64,000 nt of DNA, taken from an uncultured Nitrospiraceae bacterium. GTDB lineage: Bacteria; Nitrospirota; Thermodesulfovibrionia; Thermodesulfovibrionales; Dissulfurispiraceae. The stretch covers positions 32,001 to 96,000 of the forward strand of contig CAVSHF010000005.1 in NCBI GenBank assembly GCA_963727805.1, read 5' to 3'. Under the pieces are notes generated by a model that was not told the DNA's origin, searched no databases, and saw nothing but the letters and a program-made list of their open reading frames with translations. Below are positions 30,315-37,815 of the stretch, one piece after another (positions within the stretch are counted from its first letter, which is position 1; every line of letters starts with the position of its first letter). The translations under genes and the position numbers were made by a program.

Positions 30315-30614
30315 TTATTCTTTCTCATCCTCTGGATACCAAGTAAACCCTGGCTCAACTTTTCCGTTTAACCCGTCAAAACTCTTCAGTTCGACAATAT
30401 CTTCAACATAAAACAGCGGCGGATCGTCTTCTTTATTATGAAGTTGGGTGTTAATGTCCTCTCTTCTTCTTATAGTCTCTATCGCCTTTAATGCGGCGTC
30501 ATCAGGATTAGTCGCCTCAACCTGACATGATGTATAGAAACCATGTCTGGCATTCCCATTGCCAAGGTTTATGATGAAGTTATGACCATTTATCAATACG
30601 CGATATTTATTCAT
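30315..30614 (-). CDS. Hypothetical protein bounded by attC-like sites
   Basis: KYRVLING.NF...GFY....VEA; cassette-like placement. Confidence 0.65.
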   Translation of the reverse strand: MNKYRVLINGHNFIINLGNGNARHGFYTSCQVEATNPDDAALKAIETIRRREDINTQLHNKEDDPPLFYVEDIVELKSFDGLNGKVEPGFTWYPEDEKE

Positions 30615-30617
30615 ATT

Positions 30618-30685
30618 GTTAGGCATAAAGCTCAACGGGAGGCGTGTGAAGTTTCACGCCGATCCCGCGCAGCGCCTTGTTATGT
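30618..30685 (-). repeat. Degenerate attC-like site
   Basis: ACATAAC AAGGCGCTGCGCGGGATCGGCGTGAAA...CACGCCTCCCGTTGAGCTT. Confidence 0.6.
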
Positions 30686-30749
30686 TTCATTTCTTTTAAT
30701 CGTACACGTCCCTTTGTCATCTTTCTGAGACTATAACACAAAATTACTT

Positions 30750-31446
30750 CTACTTATAATCTCCAATGCGGGGAAACTGCTCATTTTGTAAGGGTCGAGT
30801 AGGCCGGTGGAATCGCACCACCAGCCCCTCACAGATTCCGTACGTGAACCTCTCGATTCATACGGCTCGTGTCAATCATCAAGTTGAGTCTTTGCAGTCT
30901 CAACCATACACATTGAGCGATAGTTCCTCCTGGTCACCCAGTTGACTGGTACTCTTTGTGGATTGACCCATCCCCTTCCCTCCACGGCTTATTATCACCG
31001 CTTCATCGGTACTATTGGACGGTCCGACCCCTTCACCTGCATCGATACTTTCCCCCTTCGTTTGCACTTATAGGGTTTTCTCTTAGCATCAGATGAAGAG
31101 TTCCCGCGTTCCACACAGGAGCCTAGATCAGCTTCATGCCGCCTCTATGCCGGACGCCGTTCAGGCAGTAAACAGGTATCTCCTGAACTAATCCTGATGC
31201 AAAGTAAGAACATCAGTTTTGACGTCGTCCTTTTCCTTTCGACACCTCATCAGCGGTTCGCTTACGCTCATCTCTCTGATCCATCCCTGACACGATCTAG
31301 TCGTGCCTTTTCCTTTAACGCTCACCACCGGAGCCTTTCGACTACAGCAGCTTAAGGTGGGTTGAAGCCTGCTCCTGCAAGCCGGCTTCGAGGGGCCAAC
31401 CCTCATCTTCCTGTGCAGCCTCGTGGCGCACTTACGACCGGAAATC
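30750..31446 (+). repeat. 59-bp array site L, split by an ORF-less group II intron
   Basis: CTACTTATAAT-N33 | intron | TTACGACCGGAAATC. Confidence 0.85.
30794..31431 (-). ncRNA. ORF-less group II intron (638 nt), copy 2
   Basis: Appears identical to 2789-3426 by eye; flanks differ. Confidence 0.92.
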
Positions 31447-31584
31447 GAGACCAGCGCTTGTCGGTAGAGAATGTTATAGCCACCTGAAAGTCATCTATTT
31501 TACCAGTACCAGAAATTTGGTGATTTCCCGAACAAACTACCATGACCGCTTAGTTGAGTGCTTCCTAGTTACACGCTGAGGCCC

Positions 31585-31614
31585 TCAATGCCGGTAAAAT
31601 AACCGGCATTGAGA
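31585..31614. terminator. Strong hairpin downstream of the Cys-rich gene, possible terminator
   Basis: CTCAATGCCGGT-aaaata-ACCGGCATTGAG. Confidence 0.5.
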
Positions 31615-31691
31615 TGGCAAACAGAATGAGATATCTTTTGAGCCCAGACAAAAAAAGGTCAGCGGCTCTCCTTATGGACCATTCCCCGCAA

Positions 31692-32645
31692 CTATTGCAA
31701 CTGCAGGTTGAACACAACGTTGTCTATCTTACTCGCCGCCTTGATGGTAAAGGTCATGGTCCACCATCCGGGCATACTGAACTTTATTCCCTCGACAAGG
31801 TAAGTACCGTCACCGAGGTTTTTGGTCACCTTCGGCTCTGTGGGGAGACCGTGGCCATGTTCCGGCATACCACCGTTGACAGTGATCTCTGCATCCTTTA
31901 CTGGCTGACCATCAATTGTCTCGACCTTCAGTTTCCAGCTTATGATTTTATTTACAGGAATCACTTCAGGGTCACTGAAATAGGTGACCTTGAAACTGCC
32001 ATCTTTAGATTTCATGGTTTTGGCATAATCATTATCAGAAGTCGGTTTCACGGTAGATACATCAGTCCCGACCTTATGGCACCTGCACTCACCCTTACCG
32101 GTTTTACAGTGCTCGCACGTGCAACCTGCGCCGCAGGAACAACCCTTTTCACCCGCCTTGCACTTACATTCGCCTTCTCCGGTTTTGCAATGTTCGCATT
32201 GACAGTTCTGACCGCACTGGCAGCCTTTGGCCCCCTTATCGCACTTGCACTCGCCCTTACCGGTTTTACAGTGCTCGCACGTGCAACCTGCGCCGCAGGA
32301 ACAACCCTTTTCACCCGCCTTGCACTTACATTCGCCTTCTCCGGTTTTGCAATGTTCGCATTGACAGTTCTGACCGCACTGGCAGCCTTTGGCCCCCTTA
32401 TCGCACTTGCACTCGCCCTTACCGGTTTTACAGTGCTCGCACGTGCAACCTGCGCCGCAGGAACAACCCTTTTCACCCGCCTTGCACTTACATTCGCCTT
32501 CTCCGGTTTTGCAATGTTCGCATTGACAGTTCTGACTGCACTGGCATTTAACGGTATCTCCAAAGGAGAGGTCAGAAAACGAAGCAGTGCCAAAAAATAC
32601 TAGAACGCTGACAATCAAGCACGTCGAGAGAATTCTTTTCAACAT
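31692..32645 (-). CDS. Secreted protein: six Cys-rich metallothionein-like repeats + YtkA/FixH-like domain
   Basis: Signal peptide; 6 x CxCxxxCxCxHCxxGxGxCxC; C-terminal GGMPEHGHGLPTEP...FSMPGWW. Confidence 0.8.
   Translation of the reverse strand: MLKRILSTCLIVSVLVFFGTASFSDLSFGDTVKCQCSQNCQCEHCKTGEGECKCKAGEKGCSCGAGCTCEHCKTGKGECKCDKGAKGCQCGQNCQCEHCKTGEGECKCKAGEKGCSCGAGCTCEHCKTGKGECKCDKGAKGCQCGQNCQCEHCKTGEGECKCKAGEKGCSCGAGCTCEHCKTGKGECRCHKVGTDVSTVKPTSDNDYAKTMKSKDGSFKVTYFSDPEVIPVNKIISWKLKVETIDGQPVKDAEITVNGGMPEHGHGLPTEPKVTKNLGDGTYLVEGIKFSMPGWWTMTFTIKAASKIDNVVFNLQLQ
32079..32548. repeat. 162-bp tandem repeat, ~3 near-identical copies, in frame
   Basis: GCACTTGCACTCGCCCTTACC recurs at 32241 and 32403, with a variant at 32079. 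Confidence 0.9.
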
Positions 32646-32869
32646 AAAGACGGCCTCCTTTCACAAAGTTTATGGTTTTAATTGTAACAAATCCATTGTG
32701 CATTACACTACTAAAGTCAATTGGGAAGGTCAGGTTGTAATCAACGAAATTTTCATGATGCTCCTATGTTGCTTTTTGTGAGACCCAGATAGCGGCCAGG
32801 GCGCGTCTGTCTTTATAGACTTGTAAGTGTGGTCTGCGATAAAAAACGCAACATGATAGGTCGTGATAT

Positions 32870-32928
32870 CTACTTAAAATCTCCAGTGTGCGGATAAAGC
32901 TCATTGCACGAGGTTTCTACTGGCTATC
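32870..32928 (+). repeat. 59-bp array site M
   Basis: CTACTTAAAAT-N33-TTTCTACTGGCTATC; AAATCTC/GAGGTTT and CAGTG/CATTG stems. Confidence 0.82.
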
Positions 32929-32958
32929 ATCAGCTGTCAAGGCTGGCGTCTCATCGAC

Positions 32959-33306
32959 CTACAAGCGTTTGGATATAGAACTTAGCTTTCGATACAGCCA
33001 AGGAAGCATTTGGAACCACTGGAAATAACCTATAGCTACAAAAAGCGGCCAAATACATAGACTAAACACAATACCGCCCGGAACAACGAGACCGGTAAGG
33101 TTAAACAGCATTTCGAAAATCCCTCCCAGTAGCGCCATTAAAGCGTACCCAGTAGGGAACGTTAAAAATAGCATCAAATAACAAAACGCGATATCAGCAT
33201 CGGGGATCTCTCGTTGCACAAAAGCAAACACGAGGACGGCTAGGCAGCTACAGAGCCATAGTAACAAAAGGATGCGGCCAGGCAGTTTATGTGGAATCAT
33301 CATCAC
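32959..33306 (-). CDS. Small membrane protein
   Basis: 115 aa, 3 TM segments, sole gene between sites M and N. Confidence 0.65.
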   Translation of the reverse strand: MMMIPHKLPGRILLLLWLCSCLAVLVFAFVQREIPDADIAFCYLMLFLTFPTGYALMALLGGIFEMLFNLTGLVVPGGIVFSLCIWPLFVAIGYFQWFQMLPWLYRKLSSISKRL

Positions 33307-33429
33307 TTGACGATTAACCGCTAATTTCTTTTATTTTCATCTTTCTGCAACATAGCACAATTTTAGGCATCAGAATGAATAGTAACTCCTACATATAGAA
33401 TATCCAGGGGGGCTCACAATCTATCATAG

Positions 33430-33488
33430 AATCTTATAATCGCGAGTCGGCTCGCTACGCAACAGATACCATGTTACGACTGGTAATG
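33430..33488 (+). repeat. 59-bp array site N
   Basis: AATCTTATAAT-N33-TTACGACTGGTAATG; spacer similar to A/D/E. Confidence 0.8.
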
Positions 33489-33913
33489 CTCAAAGCTGAG
33501 TTGCCCAATTCGCTTAGTGTGGTTGTTGTGTGCACTCCTTTTCATGATCCTCCAGATAATGGCAACAGCTAACCGAGGCACAAGGCAGTTCCCCTTCCGG
33601 TGGTAGCCTCCGGGTGAAGCACCACCGGAGTGCGGCCAAACCAGAAACAGATAGTAGTATTGCCAGTAGTCCTACCCCGGCCAGCATAATAACTAGGCCG
33701 GCTGCCACTAGCTGTCCTGCCACTATCAGAAGCCTGATCGTTACTGACCTTGCCTTACACATAACCCACTTACTGCTGTTTTCCCCCACGCTGATCCAGC
33801 GCAGCTCCTAGTTATAGGTGCTTTCAATCCAGCGACTCCTGATCTGGCGTCTCTCGCTCACCAACAGTATTACCGAGGCGTCATAGTCCCGCTTGTGCTT
33901 TCCGTCTCATTGC

Positions 33914-34516
33914 TTATTTCTCTATTTCAGGCGGTATGCCAATTATCGGCAACTCGATGTCCGCTAAGTTTATTAGAATAATATTACTAAGCTTTGACAT
34001 CTCTATGACACGAGCAGCACGTGCCGTTACTATCGGTCCAAAAGAATCTTTTGGAAGAAAGAAATCGCACCCATCCCATTGATCTAATCCCACATGAAGG
34101 CCTTTGTAGAATTTCCCAACTGGTCCATTTGGAAGCAGCCGTTTCTCAATAATAGCGGATTTATTATAATCAATTGGCCCGCAGCGTCCAGTGATACTCA
34201 ACCCGTGAAACCCCGAAATCATCTCGCCATTTATTTTGCTCACGACAACTGGAAATACCATCCAACCAGTTAAACTATTCATCGTTAGAACATCTTTTAG
34301 TTTATCCGAAATAAGATACAAGCCTACCCGCCCAGTATCTAATACATCTCCTATTTTATGCCCATATTTATGCTTAAACTGTATTGGAAATTGAATATTC
34401 GCATAGTCGCCCATCAACAATGCAGCTTTGGCATATTTTCCGACTGTATGAACCTGAAAATTTGATGCTAGCAATTTGCTTCCAAAATCATAAAAATAGT
34501 TTATTTCTAGTTTCAT
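33914..34516 (-). CDS. Hypothetical protein, possibly an Imm11/DUF1629-like immunity protein
   Basis: D.L......LIS.KL..VL....LTG and WDG.DFF......IVT resemble this group (from recall only). Confidence 0.45.
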   Translation of the reverse strand: MKLEINYFYDFGSKLLASNFQVHTVGKYAKAALLMGDYANIQFPIQFKHKYGHKIGDVLDTGRVGLYLISDKLKDVLTMNSLTGWMVFPVVVSKINGEMISGFHGLSITGRCGPIDYNKSAIIEKRLLPNGPVGKFYKGLHVGLDQWDGCDFFLPKDSFGPIVTARAARVIEMSKLSNIILINLADIELPIIGIPPEIEK

Positions 34517-34650
34517 TCCTATTTCGTGGGCCAGCACGTTTGCAATGTCATATATATAAATACCGATCACATAGTGATTAAAAGTGTACAGCGATATGCA
34601 CATCCTTACCTATCTGATCGGGAGTGAACTGCCTTCTTATCTTCATTCAA

Positions 34651-34899
34651 TCATAAATTCTTAATGAATGCCCACATTAGAAACAAGGAGCAGATTAAAG
34701 CTAGTGCACCAACTACCCTAACATTTATCAAATAGCTAGCCGATTTCACAGAGTTCTTAAGCATATCACTATGAGCGGTAAGTCCTTGATTAACATTATT
34801 GATCGCAGAGGCCTGAATCTTCTCTGGGAATATCAAACAGACTATTCCAAGTAAGAACAGTAGCAATATAAAGAGCAATAAGCCAATAGTTTTCATGAT
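34651..34899 (-). CDS. Small 2-TM membrane protein
   Basis: AT-rich ORF directly after a truncated ORF tail. Confidence 0.6.
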   Translation of the reverse strand: MMKTIGLLLFILLLFLLGIVCLIFPEKIQASAINNVNQGLTAHSDMLKNSVKSASYLINVRVVGALALICSLFLMWAFIKNL

Positions 34900-35058
34900 G
34901 TTCACCACTTACACCCAGAATTACCGGGGCCTTGGAATGAATAGTTATAGCTGCCTCCAAATTGAGGTGTGACTATGCCAGCACCTCTAGCAATTCCATT
35001 CCCCCGGAGACCCAGATACAGATGCGCCATCTTTCTGCAATATAGCACAAAATTGTTC

Positions 35059-35117
35059 CTACTTATACCCTTGATCCCGCCCGATATATCGAGGCTGCTT
35101 TGTTTCAACCGGCAATC
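35059..35117 (+). repeat. 59-bp array site O
   Basis: CTACTTATACC-N33-TTTCAACCGGCAATC. Confidence 0.78.
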
Positions 35118-35169
35118 ATTAAGCTGAAACGCGCACAAGAAATCTAAACAGAAGTATAGAACGCTTGAT

Positions 35170-35589
35170 TTACGTGTTTTTACCTGTATGCCGTAATCTT
35201 GCAAACAAGCCACCTGAGAGTGCGAGCAACATGGCGACCCAGACGAACATGAAGTATGAGACCAAAACACCCAGAAATGCCTTAAATTCCCCCTGAACTA
35301 AAAAAATACCGCCGACAACAACCGGATGATCAACGAATAAAACCAGAGCCCCAACAAGAGACGCTCGCCAAAGTCCGCGCTTCTCAAAATGCACCGCGAC
35401 CCAGCCGGAATATACAACGATAGCTGCTCGAATTAGATTGAATGGAACTAAATAATCAAATGAGCTCCCACCCCCATGGGAGACGGATGCCGGCATAATG
35501 AGTCCAACAAGGTGCCAGAGCAACGAGTTCGCTGCTGCGACGACGAGTACCGATTTAACGGTTTGTAATTTGTCAAAGAGGCGTCGCAC
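35170..35589 (-). CDS. Membrane protein (cassette-like)
   Basis: 4 TM segments; starts just after an attC-like site. Confidence 0.65.
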   Translation of the reverse strand: MRRLFDKLQTVKSVLVVAAANSLLWHLVGLIMPASVSHGGGSSFDYLVPFNLIRAAIVVYSGWVAVHFEKRGLWRASLVGALVLFVDHPVVVGGIFLVQGEFKAFLGVLVSYFMFVWVAMLLALSGGLFARLRHTGKNT

Positions 35590-35596
35590 CTGGGTT

Positions 35597-35661
35597 ACAC
35601 AAGGTAAAGCTTACAGGGAGGTGTAAGTTTCACGCCGATCCCGTGAAGCGCGTCGTTGTGC
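35597..35661 (-). repeat. attC-like site (R' GTT replaced by CTT)
   Basis: GCACAAC...CTTGTGT, 65 bp, same family as 30618-30685. Confidence 0.65.
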
Positions 35662-35667
35662 TTTAGT

Positions 35668-36009
35668 CTATTTACTTTCATTCTTATCCTGCATTCGCTT
35701 GCGGTGGCATTCAGGGCACCACTTTGGTTCGTTATATATATTGCCTTTTTGGATTTCAAAATATTATTTCTGTTGTTGCGCGGTCCAAACCTCTTTTTTG
35801 CCGCAGCCTGCACAAGTAAAGTGAATGTCTTTATAGTAGAATTTTGCGGCATAACCGCCACCATGGGCTTGACTATCAGGATCAGCAGACAATACACCTT
35901 TCGGAATTTCTACGCCTTTTACAATAAGGCCTTCTCGCTCCAGCCTTGTAACGCGTTTTTCTTCGCGTTTTCTCTTGATCGGATTTTTAGAAACTTGCTT
36001 TCTCATCAT
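35668..36009 (-). pseudogene. Zinc-ribbon protein with an internal TAA
   Basis: YKDIHFTCAGCG...WTAQQQK*YFE...PKWCPEC. Confidence 0.75.
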
Positions 36010-36787
36010 TTTTCATATGCACAACAAGTATTAAACAACTTGGTCTTATCTGCCAAAAGTATATCACAATACAACAGAGATTATTCACGTATTCCTTTAA
36101 TATCATTTCGTTATAAATTAACAACTTCGCATTAGCTGCGAATTACATGCAAATACTAACTTGGTATAACATGGGCTTTATGGCAAAAGGGCAATCTGGA
36201 CCATGATTATTCCCAGTATCGACTGGCGAGATACGTGAAAAGTAGGGAGAAAAAGGGAGTCCTGAGCGAAGCCATATTTGTATCGGTAATCATCGATTCA
36301 GCAAAGCTGTGGAAACTAGAGGTTACTTGGTGAACCCAACAGTGAGAACCTCCACAACGCATTTCACTTCTAAGGAATTAGATGTGACTGACGGAGGGAC
36401 TCAAGAACTGTCCGCTATGATCCAGAACCGGTGTCCGCGTTGCTCCGAAATAGGTTTCCTCAAACGCCGAAATACGCAATTACTAAACGCCCGCTGCAAG
36501 CCGTTACTACCGTTTGTTTATTTTGGGATTATACGTCCACAAGACTGTCGGAGAGCATTATGTCCACTTGATTATCCGCAAACGCTAACTTGCAGATTAT
36601 GCCTATTTGCGGAAGAATCAGATAGAAATCTTTGCAGATCAGCAAGTTGCTTGAGCTCTAGAAGAACTGTCGGACATAAGCACAGTCTGCCCAAGCTCAG
36701 GAAAGATGCTAAGAATTTCATGAAGGATGCTGAAGATTATTCTGGAAGACAGTAGTTATGCATCATACAAATGCTCTTCATTTCATT

Positions 36788-37345
36788 TTAAGGTGTTTGT
36801 GGTGGAAGTACGTTCATTTTTAGTGATTCAATACGGCCTTTGAACATCTTGTAGGATTCTCCAGATTTTTTCCTGTTCAGCTCCATAATACCTCTGACGT
36901 TTGCATCTGCTGAGACTAGTATATCTTGAAGGCGCCGGTTTTCCTTCCTTTGACGTTCTATCTTCGCGCTTTGATCAACTTTTTCATCTTGCCCGCTAAC
37001 CGATTTTGCCCTGGCAGCAATAGCATCGCTGATAAACCTGTCAAGATCACTTGAAGCACTGTTTGTATAAAAGACGCTCAATGGAACATCTACGACATTT
37101 GCGGATTTCTCCTCTGTAGCATCTAGAAATGAGTTTACGGATAAAGCTGCCTTGTTATATGAATCAATAAGATGTTTGCGGGTATCGTCGGAAAGGTCTT
37201 TTCTTGCGCTTGTTTCATCAAGCAGATAGTTTGCAAGAAGGATTTTCTCGCATGCAACCCTCAGTCCGTCAGTTCTTTTGACTTCGTAGCACCCTGCCAA
37301 AAGCAGGCATACTAAAGTAAATACAATACAAACTGTTTTCTTCAT
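36788..37345 (-). CDS. Putative lipoprotein
   Basis: Lipobox LAGC. Confidence 0.75.
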   Translation of the reverse strand: MKKTVCIVFTLVCLLLAGCYEVKRTDGLRVACEKILLANYLLDETSARKDLSDDTRKHLIDSYNKAALSVNSFLDATEEKSANVVDVPLSVFYTNSASSDLDRFISDAIAARAKSVSGQDEKVDQSAKIERQRKENRRLQDILVSADANVRGIMELNRKKSGESYKMFKGRIESLKMNVLPPQTP

Positions 37346-37815
37346 AGAGGTGCCTTCACGTTATTTGTGTGGTGTTTCGAAAGTTTTTACTGGTATGGTC
37401 TGTCCAGTGCTTCTTCATAGTGTCATTGCTAGGAGAAGCACGGCGAAGCAATTTTGCAGCAAGATTCTTCGCTCCGCTCTCATCAATAGACTTATTATAG
37501 TGATTTATGCTAATCATTACCACATTATACAATTTGATTAAACCCAATTACCCTATCAAAAATATAAACAAAAATGGATCGTTGCCTCATGTAAGCATAA
37601 AGTTATGCAATAAGCCTTGCCCATTGAATGCGCATTTAAGTGGTCGCGATGAGACATTCCAGAAAAAAGACTTCTCTGATATCTCACTGCTTTTTGTGGA
37701 GTACAACCTTGAATAATTACTCTTCTATCATACCTCAAAACGTTTATTTGTAGAGACTATGCTTGATTGCGAGCCTCCTGTGTTTTTCAGCAATTGATCT
37801 TTTTGCGAAGTAGTA

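Noticed and set aside
31614..32603. Long + strand ORF (329 aa), also 16580..17557 and 3183..3401 / 31188..31406
   Set aside because: Shadow ORFs of the Cys-repeat gene, a GC-rich gene and the intron RNA respectively.
2745..35117. 59-bp sites read as a CRISPR array, REP elements or dif/pdif sites
   Set aside because: Spacing is 0.5-4 kb and there are no cas genes; GTAG lies 3' of the hairpin rather than 5' as in REPs; the geometry is 11-33-15, not 11-6-11.
22042..36291. Possible extra array sites at ~22042-22105, ~25002-25058, ~27662-27710 and ~36231-36291
   Set aside because: Only one arm matches or the spacing deviates; not counted, though they may be decayed copies.
36309..36755. Candidate array recombinase at the right end of the array
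   Set aside because: No tyrosine, serine or HUH motifs; probably spurious or decayed. The integrase remnant at 39810-40300 fits the tRNA att sites better.
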